From an uncultured delta proteobacterium (GTDB taxonomy: Bacteria; Myxococcota_A; Polyangia; Polyangiales; Polyangiaceae), in contig CAWJCS010000006.1 in assembly GCA_963841435.1 (NCBI GenBank), forward strand, positions 352,001 through 416,000: a stretch of DNA of 64,000 nucleotides, read 5' to 3'. Under the pieces are notes generated by a model. The model did not search any database and was not told the origin of the DNA. It worked only from the letters and a program-made list of their open reading frames with translations. The position numbers and the translations under genes were made by a program. Within the stretch, counting starts at the first letter, position 1. Each line of letters begins with the position of its first letter. Shown here piece after piece: positions 21,915-30,988 of this stretch.

Positions 21915-22904
21915 ATGAGCCACGTCGCTGTCATCGGAGCCGGTGCCTGGGGCACGGCGCTCTCGCTGGTGCTCGCCGAGCGCGGCGTCGTCCGGCTCTG
22001 GACCTTCGACGAGGAGCACGCGCGATCGCTCGCGGCCACGCGCGACAACGCCCGGTTTCTGCCCGGTTTTGCCCTGCCGGACGCCGTCCAGCCCACGGCG
22101 GACCTGGCCCACGCGCTCGATGGCGCGGAGCTCGCCGTGCTCGCGCTGCCGAGCACCGCGTTCCGCAGCACGCTCGAGCGCGAACCGTCTGCGTTTCGCA
22201 ACGTTCCGCTCGTGATCGCCACGAAGGGTATCGAGACCCGCACGCGGATGTTGCTCACCGAGGTCGTGGACGCGACGCTCGGACCACGGTCGGCAGGAAC
22301 GCTCGTGCTCTCCGGGCCGAGCTTCGCGGTCGAGGTCGCGCGGCGGCTCCCCACGAACGTCGTTGTCGCGGCGAGCGACCATGACGCGAGCGTCGCCGTG
22401 CAAGCTCGCATCGCCACCGAGCGCTTCCGCGTCTACTCGAGCGACGATCCCGTCGGCGTGCAGGTCGGCGGCGCGCTCAAGAACGTGATTGCCATCGCGG
22501 CGGGCGCGTGCGACGGGCTCGGCTTCGGCCACAACACGCGCGCCGCCGTCATCACGCGTGGGCTTGCCGAGATGGCGCGTCTTGCCACAGCCAAGGGCGG
22601 CGCCGCCCTCACGCTCGCGGGACTCGCAGGCCTCGGCGACCTCGTGCTCACCTGCACCGGCGAGCTTTCGCGCAACCGCACCGTCGGCATCGAGCTGGGC
22701 CGGGGGCGCCGCCTTCCCGAGGTGCTTTCCGGGCTCGGTCACGTTGCCGAGGGCGTTCCCACCGCGGAAGCGGCGCATAGCCTCGCCGACCAGCTGGGCG
22801 TCGACCTGCCGATCTCGAGTGAGGTCTACCGCGTGCTGTTCGAGGACAAGCCCGTGCTCGAGGCGGTCCGTGACGTGCTGGCGCGGCCGCTCAAGCGCGA
22901 GTGA
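21915..22904 (+). CDS. gpsA: NAD(P)H-dependent glycerol-3-phosphate dehydrogenase
   Basis: GAGAWGTAL, LSGPSFA, GGALKNVIAIAAG, GDLVLTCTGELSRN. Confidence 0.97.
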   Translation: MSHVAVIGAGAWGTALSLVLAERGVVRLWTFDEEHARSLAATRDNARFLPGFALPDAVQPTADLAHALDGAELAVLALPSTAFRSTLEREPSAFRNVPLVIATKGIETRTRMLLTEVVDATLGPRSAGTLVLSGPSFAVEVARRLPTNVVVAASDHDASVAVQARIATERFRVYSSDDPVGVQVGGALKNVIAIAAGACDGLGFGHNTRAAVITRGLAEMARLATAKGGAALTLAGLAGLGDLVLTCTGELSRNRTVGIELGRGRRLPEVLSGLGHVAEGVPTAEAAHSLADQLGVDLPISSEVYRVLFEDKPVLEAVRDVLARPLKRE

Positions 22905-22940
22905 CGGGCCCCCGGGTGGGCCGGGCCGTGGGACCCGGCA

Positions 22941-25562
22941 TCAGCCAAGGTCGCCGGCCACGCCGCCGAGACCCGCGGTCCCGGCGTCCCCCGAAGTACC
23001 GGCCGTGCCGCCCTGGCCGCTCGTGCCACCCTGGCCAGCGCTGCCCGACGCGCCGCTCGCGCCTGCGCCGGCCGAGCCCGCCGTGCCGCCCATTCCCGCG
23101 CCGCCGGACGAGCCGGCCGTGCCGCCCATTCCCGCGCCGCCGGACGAGCCGGCCGCGCCGCCCATTCCCGCGCTGCCGGCGGAGCCCGAGCTGCCTTCCG
23201 GGGTGCAGGACGCGAAGTCACCGCTCGCGACGCAGCCGCCCGTCGGGCTCCCGGGGCAGGGCACCGGGCTTTCCCAGACGGCGTTTCTGCAGGCCTGGAT
23301 GCGCGTCGCATCGTCGGGATCGCAGCGCGTCCACGGTCTACCCGTCGTGCGACCGTCGTCACACTCGGCGCAGCCGATGCCGTCGATGCACACCTCGTCG
23401 GGGTTGCAGTCGCGCGGTGCGAGCTCGTCGAAACGCCCCAGGGGCGAGCAGCCCACCTGCTGCGAGCCGCGCGGCACCGGGCAGTAGCTCGTGCCTGGGA
23501 TGCATTCCGCTTCGCAGCTGGCAGCACCGGTTCCGAGCAGGTCGTCCATCGTGCACGCGCCGTACTCGCAGTTGACGAAATCGCCGAGCGTTCCCGTTCG
23601 AGCGCAGGTGCGGATCTGCTTGCCTGCGGCACCGCCGCACTCCGAAACGTACGGGGTGCACTCACCGCCGCAAAGGGCCGCACGCAGGCCGTACGTGTCG
23701 GCGCCATGGTCGAGGTTGACGAAGTCGTGGCACAGCGCGCCCCCGCTGCATGTTTGCGTGACCCATTTGCCCTCGTTGCACTCGCTGTAAAAGGGCGTGC
23801 CGCCGCCGTTTTTGAACGGCTCGAGGCAGCGCTGCTCGCCCTCCGTGCAAGCGACGCACGTGCCCGGGTCGTAGCCGGCGTAGGTCTCTGGAAAGCCCGC
23901 TTTCGGGGTCGCCGGGTTGACCGTACAGCTGGCGCAGCTCTTCGGGCTTCCGAAGCCACCGTTCCCAAGGCACGGGTAGAACTTGCCGTCGCTCCCGCAC
24001 GCTCCGACGTCGTCGGGGAGCACGTAGGTCTCGAAGGCGTCGAACCAATACGAGCAAGCGGGCTCCATGCACGTGCCGAGGTTGACAGTCTGCGAGGTCG
24101 CTGCCAGGTTCGGCCCGCACCAAAGCTCGCGGTCGAGCTCGGCCCGGCAGGGCGCGACGGTCGCGTAGTCCCACTCGCCCAGGTCGTTGCATTCGATGGT
24201 CGCCTCGCCCGCACTGGCGACGGCGCCGCGCTCTCCGACGCGCTCCGAGAAACAGGCCGTGCTGCCCGGTCAACACGTCTGAGCACACACGGGCCCCGTG
24301 ATCGTGGGCGTGGTTGGCTCGGAGTCGCCCGGCGTGCTCTCGTAGCGGCATTCGGTCGCCGCGGGGCACGCATAGTTTGCCCAGTGCAGGGTCTGGTAGG
24401 GCAAAAGCCCCTCGCAGAGGCTGTAGGAAGAAAGCGGGTCTTCGCCGCCAGGATCGCCGCAGATGAAGCTGCCGGCCGTGGACACCGGAGCCTCGCCCAC
24501 GAGCCCGCGCAGTGCGAATGGCGCCGCGCACTCGGGCTCGACGCAGGCCGCGCGCGACGTCTCCGGCACGTCGAAGACCGGCGGCGGCGTGTCGTTCTGG
24601 AGCGCCGTCTTCAGGTCCTCCACGAAGGCGCGCACGCTCGTCGCGGAGATGCCGTCGTACACGCACACCTCACCCGCCGAGCACAGGGCAAGATCCCAGG
24701 CCGAGCCGTCGTCGTTGCACGAGTAGACGACGCCAGGCTGGTACGTGCCCGAAAGGAGCTGGCCGACCACGTCCTTTTCGCGCACGTCGTAGCAGCGGCG
24801 CTCGCCCTCGCTGCAAACCGGGCCGCGACAGGCGCCGTCGATGCAGTCCATGCTGCCGCAGTCGTGCTGCTCGTAGCCGGTGCCCTCGTCGTTGCAGCGG
24901 CGCACCGTCTTCTTGTCGGCGCACACGCCGCTGTTCGGCGCGCACTCCACGTTCTCGTCGAGAACGCACGCGTCCTTTTCGCACGTCGTGCCCGTGGGGC
25001 AGGGTCGATAGACCCAGTTCGACCCGTCCTTTTCGCACTCCTTTTGCGTCGAGCTGTCGGCGCACGTGGTCTGGCCGATGTCGCACACCGTGACAGTCGA
25101 GTCGGGCTCCGTGCGCACGCACGTCCCGTGCGTGGCGCCGGCCCCGTCGTCGCAGCCCGTTCCCGCCGAGCACGCGACCGGCACCCACTGCCGCCCATCC
25201 TCGGAGCAGACGCGCGAGACGGCGCGCGAGACGCATTCCTTCGCTCCGGGCTGACAAGCGCCGACGCAGCCCGCAGCCAGCACCAGGCGTGAGTTCTCGC
25301 CGGCCTGGCCCTCGGGGTCGACCTCGACGCAGGTCTCGTCCGTGCGCGGATCGCAGCAGCGCTCACCCGTTGCGCACGAGAACGAAAGCACCACCTTGCC
25401 GTCGGCGCTGCACACCTCGCCGCCGCGCGCGTTCAGGCAGGTGACCTCCGAAGGCTTGCAGACCACGACGCCGGTGCCGTCGCCGTCGCCGTCGCCGCAG
25501 GCCAGGAATAGCCACGCGCAGCCGACGAACAGAGCGCTCGCGAGAAGTGCGCGCTCAATCAT
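22941..25562 (-). CDS. Large Cys-rich repeat lipoprotein interrupted by one in-frame TGA (24270-24272)
   Basis: Lipobox FLAC; repeated CxPGxxxC...C..DG..W units. ORFs 24270..25562 and 22941..24068 share one frame with an open bridge. Gly/Ser/Ala C-terminal tail. Confidence 0.75.
23080..23187 (-). repeat. Three-copy 36-bp coding tandem repeat (GSSGGAGMGGTA)
   Basis: gccgtgccgcccattcccgcgccgccggacgagccg x2 plus one degenerate copy. Confidence 0.9.
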
Positions 25563-25812
25563 CTCGTACGCCTTCCGTTGCCAGCAGTCGGGTTGCCGGG
25601 GTCAGAAGTGAGCGCCGTGCCAAAGACGCGCTCGCGCGAGCCGCCCGCGACCGTACTATCCAAGACGCGAGCATCGTATCCGTGCCGGCGGACGAAGAAA
25701 CCTTCGATTTGAGGCGAGCGCGGCCTGACCGGAGCTCGCCGTGGCCGCACGTCGGCCATTTGGCCGGATTCGTCCTTCTGCCACCATCAAGGGTTTGCTA
25801 GTCTTTTCCCGA

Positions 25813-27657
25813 ATGGCGATCGTTCGCTACTTTCCCGCCGAGGGGGCGCCGCTGCTCGTGGCTCTGCACAAGCCGGTCACGACGATCGGGCGCGCGCTCG
25901 GCAACGACATCGCCATTCCCGATGCGAGCGTCGCGCACCATCACGCGCAGATTGTCTTCAACGGTCGTGATTTCCAGCTCGAGGAAGTCGACCGCGAGGC
26001 AGAGATCCTCATCAACGGCAAGAAGAAGCGACGCGCGCGCCTCGTGCAAGGCGACCGCATCACGCTGGGCAGGGCCCAGCTCGGCTTCAGCATGTTCACC
26101 GAGGTCGAGTTCCCCGACGACAAGGCGCGCCACCCCCGCGGAGCCGACGGCGACATCGCGGGCCTGAGGCGCCTGCACGCATTCAGCGAACGCCTCATGA
26201 CGGTGAGCTCGGTGGACGAGCTGCTCGAGGCGTTGCTCGACGACGTGATCCAGCTCACCGGTGCCGCTCGCGGCGTCGTGCTCCTGTCCGACGTCGCCGA
26301 CGGCAAGGAAGCGGCACCTCGGGTGAGGGCCTCACGAAACGTGGGTGCGGAGGCCCTGCAGGACCCTTCGGGCGCCATCAGTGACAGCATCACGCGCCAG
26401 GTCATCGAGACACGCCGCCCCGTCATCGTGAGCGACGCGCTCACCGACACCACCTTCGGCAAGAGCGAGAGCGTCATCGCGCTCAAATTGTCGAGCGTGA
26501 TGTGCGTGCCTTTGCTCAGCCAGGGCCAAACGCTGGGCGCGCTCTACGTCGCCAACGACGAAGTGAAGCACCTGTTCGAGCGACAGCAGCTCGACCTTTT
26601 GACCATCTTTGCAGCGCAGGCCTCGCTGATCCTGCAGAACGCCATGCTGCTCAGCGCGCTTCGCGCCGACAAGGAGAAGCTGCGAGGCGAGCTCGAGGAC
26701 AAGCGCTTCGGCGAGATCATCGGCGCTTGCGCGTCGATGATGGAGGTGTTCCGCAAGCTGCAGAAGGTAGCCGCCACCGACATCAGCGTGATGATCACGG
26801 GCGAGACGGGCACCGGCAAGGAGCTCATTGCACGCGAGATCCATCGCCGCTCCAATCGCGCCGCCGGGCCCTTCGTCACCGTGAATTGCGGCGCCATCCC
26901 CGAGAATCTCATGGAGAGCGAGATGTTCGGGCACGTGAAAGGCGCGTTCACGGGTGCCGTCGCGAGCCGAGCCGGGAAGTTCCAGCAAGCCGATGGCGGG
27001 TCGCTATTTCTCGACGAGATCGGCGAGCTCACGCCTCAGCTCCAGGTCAAGCTGCTGCGCGCCATTCAGGAGCGCGTGGTCTTCCGCGTGGGCGACAACC
27101 GCGCCGAGCGCTGCGACATCCGCATCATCGCTGCGACCAACCGCACGCTCGAGGACATGATCAAGACCGGCGAGTTCCGCGAGGACCTGTACTACCGGCT
27201 CAACGTCGTGAATCTGTGGCTGCCGCCGCTCCGCGACCGTGGCGACGACGTGTTCATCATCGCGAAGGCCCTGCTCAGCAAGTACGCCGACGAGATGGGC
27301 AGCGCCGTGCGCGGGTTCTCGCCGCAGGCGCTTTCCGCGATTCGCAAGTCCTCGTGGCCCGGCAACATTCGCCAGCTCGAAAACCGCATCAAGAAAGCGC
27401 TCGTGCTGTGCGAAAAGACGTTGCTCGGACCCGAGGACCTCGACCTTGGGGGCGGTGAGGAAGCGCCGATCGTGCCGCTCGAGAAGGCGAAAGAGGACTT
27501 CCAGCGCCGCTACGTGCTCGAGGTGTTGGAGCGCAACAACGGCAATCGCACGCAGACGGCGCGCGACCTCGGTGTCGACCCCCGCACCATCTTTCGCTAC
27601 CTCGAAAAAGAGCAGAACCCGATGCCGAGCGGCGCCGGGGGTGTCGCCGAGGAGTGA
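25813..27657 (+). CDS. FHA-GAF-AAA+ sigma54-dependent transcriptional activator (Fis HTH)
   Basis: FHA IGRALGNDI...HHA; GAF; GETGTGKE; GAFTGA; LFLDEIGE; WPGNIRQLEN; NRTQTARDLGV. Confidence 0.95.
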   Translation: MAIVRYFPAEGAPLLVALHKPVTTIGRALGNDIAIPDASVAHHHAQIVFNGRDFQLEEVDREAEILINGKKKRRARLVQGDRITLGRAQLGFSMFTEVEFPDDKARHPRGADGDIAGLRRLHAFSERLMTVSSVDELLEALLDDVIQLTGAARGVVLLSDVADGKEAAPRVRASRNVGAEALQDPSGAISDSITRQVIETRRPVIVSDALTDTTFGKSESVIALKLSSVMCVPLLSQGQTLGALYVANDEVKHLFERQQLDLLTIFAAQASLILQNAMLLSALRADKEKLRGELEDKRFGEIIGACASMMEVFRKLQKVAATDISVMITGETGTGKELIAREIHRRSNRAAGPFVTVNCGAIPENLMESEMFGHVKGAFTGAVASRAGKFQQADGGSLFLDEIGELTPQLQVKLLRAIQERVVFRVGDNRAERCDIRIIAATNRTLEDMIKTGEFREDLYYRLNVVNLWLPPLRDRGDDVFIIAKALLSKYADEMGSAVRGFSPQALSAIRKSSWPGNIRQLENRIKKALVLCEKTLLGPEDLDLGGGEEAPIVPLEKAKEDFQRRYVLEVLERNNGNRTQTARDLGVDPRTIFRYLEKEQNPMPSGAGGVAEE

Positions 27658-27684
27658 CGCGCCGCGCCGGCGGCGCTCACCGAA

Positions 27685-29667
27685 TCACTGCACGCCGCCG
27701 ACGAGCCACGCGAACGCCGGAACGAGCACCTGCTCCGGTCGCGCGCCGCCTTGCAGCGCGGCACCCGAGCCCTCGCGCTGGGGTGGCAGCACGAAGCCGT
27801 GGTCGCCGAACACGAAAAGCAGGGTGCGTGGTGGAAGCGTCTCGATGACGGCGGTGACGGCGCCCGCGACCTCGTGCGCGATGCTCGCGAGCCGTTCGCT
27901 CTCGGGCGGTCCCGGGTCCATGACGCTGGCCTCGACGAGGTCGAGCTTGAGAAGCTCACGATGTCCGGCCTTGATGCGCCTCGGCGTGCGCGCCATGCGC
28001 CCGCGTGCCACCGGCACGTCGCCGTCCCCGATACTCGAGAAATCGACCAGACCCGCGGGGCCGCGCGCCATGAGCTCGAGCTGCGTGCGGGTGTCGGAGG
28101 GTAGGCCCGACCACAAAAGCAGCCGCTCGGTGAGCGCGACCTCGTGCCCCAAGGCCTGGGTGACGTGGCGCTCCATGGCGAGCCCGAGATCGAAGCGGAG
28201 CCCGTCGACGAGCAGGAGCTGGACGGCGCGTGCGCCGTGCAGTCGGCCAATCCGGTGGGCGACATCGGGCACGTCGAGGACCATCGTGGGCCGCTTGCCA
28301 CGCAGGCGCAGCGCGTCGAAAGCCGCCGTGTAGCTCGCGGCGAAGCTCGTTGCCCAGGCTTCGAGCGCCGGCAGCGCGCGGTCGGAGGGCGCATCGCCGC
28401 GCAGCACTGCTTCGTGCAGCGGGACGTAGCTCGAGACGAACATGCGCTCGACGGCGGCGAGCGGCTTGGGGCCGTGCGCGCCCTCCAGCTCGGCGAGCCA
28501 CGTCGACCACTCGCGGGAGGGCTCGGCGAACGCCGGCTCGTTCGTCGCGTCCGTCGCCGTCGCGAGGAGGCTCTCGGCTTCGACGACCCGCGGGACGACC
28601 CCGGAGCGTTCCTTTTCGCCTGCCTCTTCGGGCGCCGTCGGCGCCCCGGTGGCTTCGGCGGTGGTGAGCTCGCCACCGTTCCACGAAGGCTCGCCAGCGA
28701 GCTCTTCCGGCTCGGCGGTCGGCTCGTCGCGAGGGGGCAGCTCCCGCAGCGTGGTGGGCTCGTCGCTGGCGAGCTGCGCGGGCTCGGCGGCGAGCTCGTC
28801 GCGGGCGGGCAGCTCGGGCTCGGCCTCGCCGGGGACGCTCGCAGGCGTCGCCGTTGGCCGGACGGCCGCTTCCACGGGGGGCGCGGCTGACGGCGCTACG
28901 GCGGGGGCCTCTGCGGCCGGCGGCTCCGGGGTCGTGGCCGAGAGCGTCTCGACGATGGCAGTCGCCAGGTCACCCGCGAGCACGGGCTCGCTCTTGGCCT
29001 CGCGGACCGGGGGCGCGGGCTCGCTGAGCTCCATCGCCTCGGTGCTCGCCTTCACGAACGGGTCCACGGCGGGGACGGCCTCGACGACACGCTCGTGCTC
29101 GCCGGGCGCGGGCTCGGTCACCAGGCGCTCGAGCGGCTCCGGGGGTCCGTAGATCGCGGTGCCGCGGTCCCGCTCGTCGAGCAGAACGACGAGTGGGCGC
29201 GAGCGCGTGGCGTCGAGCAAGAAGCGCAGCACGGCACTGTCCTCGGCATCGAGCGCCCCGGCGAGCGTCGCTACGGCCTCGAGCGAGCCGACGCCCAGGC
29301 AGATGCCGCGAAGCTCGACGAGTCGGGCGCGATAGAGCTGGTCACCCAGCGAGCTTTCGAGGTCCGTCGCCGCGCCGACTCCGGGCGGGCAGGCGCCGCG
29401 CCGCTCGAGCGCGCACTCAATCGCTTCCTCGAGGACGAGCGCGAGCTTGCCCCGGTCCGAAGCGCACGGCGGCGGCACCGCGACCGGAAGGAGACCTTCG
29501 CGATCGGCCCTCCGCAAGACATCGCTCGTGTCGCGCTCGGCAACGAATCGAGCCCCCGAAATCGCCTTCGCGTTGGGGCTGTCGCACCGAGCCGCGGGCG
29601 CGCCGTCGCCGACCCGCAGGCCGGAGGGTTGCGGAACTAGGAGCCCAGACAAGGGGACGACGCTCAT
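27685..29667 (-). CDS. Hypothetical protein with C-terminal PglZ/alkaline-phosphatase-like domain
   Basis: LLVDGLRFD, LPSDT, FGDHGF, QGGARPEQVLVP. Central Pro/Glu-rich linker. ATG 29667 follows GAGAGG. Confidence 0.7.
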   Translation of the reverse strand: MSVVPLSGLLVPQPSGLRVGDGAPAARCDSPNAKAISGARFVAERDTSDVLRRADREGLLPVAVPPPCASDRGKLALVLEEAIECALERRGACPPGVGAATDLESSLGDQLYRARLVELRGICLGVGSLEAVATLAGALDAEDSAVLRFLLDATRSRPLVVLLDERDRGTAIYGPPEPLERLVTEPAPGEHERVVEAVPAVDPFVKASTEAMELSEPAPPVREAKSEPVLAGDLATAIVETLSATTPEPPAAEAPAVAPSAAPPVEAAVRPTATPASVPGEAEPELPARDELAAEPAQLASDEPTTLRELPPRDEPTAEPEELAGEPSWNGGELTTAEATGAPTAPEEAGEKERSGVVPRVVEAESLLATATDATNEPAFAEPSREWSTWLAELEGAHGPKPLAAVERMFVSSYVPLHEAVLRGDAPSDRALPALEAWATSFAASYTAAFDALRLRGKRPTMVLDVPDVAHRIGRLHGARAVQLLLVDGLRFDLGLAMERHVTQALGHEVALTERLLLWSGLPSDTRTQLELMARGPAGLVDFSSIGDGDVPVARGRMARTPRRIKAGHRELLKLDLVEASVMDPGPPESERLASIAHEVAGAVTAVIETLPPRTLLFVFGDHGFVLPPQREGSGAALQGGARPEQVLVPAFAWLVGGVQ

Positions 29668-29789
29668 CGCCCGGAAACCTCTCAAGAACTTGGGGGAAGG
29701 GCCTAGTTTTCGGAAAATTCCCAAGTTCGCCCACGAGCCGGCCCGTCGAAACCGGCCCATGAGAACCTCGGCTCGCGGGCCTGCTCGCG

Positions 29790-29819
29790 TTGACGGGATG
29801 GATCGGAGATCCTTATGCT
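29790..29819 (+). promoter_or_regulatory. Sigma70-type promoter of the 6S RNA
   Basis: TTGACG-18 bp-TATGCT, about 6 nt upstream of the RNA terminal stem. Confidence 0.7.
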
Positions 29820-29824
29820 GATTG

Positions 29825-30020
29825 AGGTTCCCTCTGCAGAGCTCGTGGAGGCCGTAGCAACGAATCCCTGACAGCACCGAACCGGGAGGCGACGAGCGGT
29901 GGAGCGCTAGGCCCGGGATACCTCACCGGGAAGCCAGAAGCCGTTCAGACCAAGCCCCCCACCTAGCGAAGCTAGGGGTTCGGCTACAGAAACTCGCGAC
30001 TCGACGCGGTAAGGAGCCCT
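29825..30020 (+). ncRNA. ssrS: 6S RNA
   Basis: About 195-nt rod: GGTTCCCT/AGGAGCC, GTAGC/GCTAC, CGAATCCCT(29861)/AGGGGTTCG(29974). Central bubble is flanked by GAAC/GTTC and a C-rich CCCCACC strand. Own promoter and terminator. Confidence 0.75.
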
Positions 30021-30062
30021 CGAACGGGTCGTCGCAAGATGCGGCGGCCCGTTCGAGTCTTT
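30019..30062 (+). terminator. Intrinsic terminator after the 6S RNA
   Basis: CTCGAACGGGTCGTCGCA-AGA-TGCGGCGGCCCGTTCGAG followed by TCTTT. Confidence 0.75.
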
Positions 30063-30124
30063 GCCCCGACAGCGCCCCCGGAGCACCTTCCGTCGTCGGC
30101 CGTCGTCGGGTACCTTGCCCCGCC

Positions 30125-30988
30125 ATGACTGCCCCCCGTTCCCCGCGCACGAGCTCCCCTGGGCGCCCCTTTGGTCGGCGCATCGCGCCCTGGCTAGCAG
30201 CGCTCGCGCTCGTCGCTCCCGCGGCTCATGCCGCGAAAGTGCGAGGCCGCGTGGACGGTGTGCGCAACCTCCTAAATCCGGTGTGGGCGGACGCGCGAGA
30301 CCCCAAGTACCACGGCTACTCGTTCCGGGAACCGGTCCCGACGGTCCGCGCCGAGTTCCGGCGTCTGTTCCCCCACGCACCCAAGGAGATCTGCGTGGTG
30401 GCGCTCGCGGCCGCGCCGCAGAAGACGCCGCCGCCAGTGCTCGTGCGCGTGGGCGGCGGCCGCACGACACCCGTGACGATCGTGGTGCCGCCGGGCACCC
30501 GGCTGACGTTCCAGAACACCGATGCGTTCAAGCACCGCTTGTTCGGCGTGAACATCAACACGTTCCAGCCGGCCGACACGCTGCGGGCCGCGAACCGCGA
30601 GTGGAGCGTCCCCGGGCCGGGCACGTTCGAGATTCGAGACGAGCTCGCGCCCAGCCTGCGCATGTGGGTGATCGGCGAGCCGACCGTCGCGGCCATCGCG
30701 TACCCGTCGCTCAAGGGTGACTTCGGGCTGAGCGTCGAGGAGCCCGGTGACTACGTGATCCAGGCGTACTTCTCGGGCAAGAAGGTCGGGCCCGCGGTGC
30801 CGCTCAAGATCGAGACGGCCGACATCGATCTGTCGAGGGCGCCGCTCAAGGTCGCCGACGAGAAGGCGGCGGCCGCCGCGGACAAGGCGGAGGCGGAGAA
30901 GGCGAAGGCCGACCAAGCTGCCGCGGACAAGGCGGAGGCGGAGAAGGCGAAGGCCGACCAAGCTGCCGCGGACGCCGGAGGCAAGTAG
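30125..30988 (+). CDS. Secreted protein, cupredoxin/carboxypeptidase-regulatory-like beta domains, Ala/Lys tail
   Basis: Signal peptide ending AHA; VVPPGTRLTFQNTDAFKH motif; AADKAEAEKAK tail. Confidence 0.75.
   Translation: MTAPRSPRTSSPGRPFGRRIAPWLAALALVAPAAHAAKVRGRVDGVRNLLNPVWADARDPKYHGYSFREPVPTVRAEFRRLFPHAPKEICVVALAAAPQKTPPPVLVRVGGGRTTPVTIVVPPGTRLTFQNTDAFKHRLFGVNINTFQPADTLRAANREWSVPGPGTFEIRDELAPSLRMWVIGEPTVAAIAYPSLKGDFGLSVEEPGDYVIQAYFSGKKVGPAVPLKIETADIDLSRAPLKVADEKAAAAADKAEAEKAKADQAAADKAEAEKAKADQAAADAGGK
30875..30973 (+). repeat. Perfect 45-bp tandem duplication (AADKAEAEKAKADQA)
   Basis: 30875-30919 is identical to 30920-30964, plus a partial third copy. Confidence 0.95.

Noticed and set aside
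27685..29667. BREX defence island
   Set aside because: No brxC/pglX/brxL/pglW-like genes nearby; the flanks are housekeeping genes.
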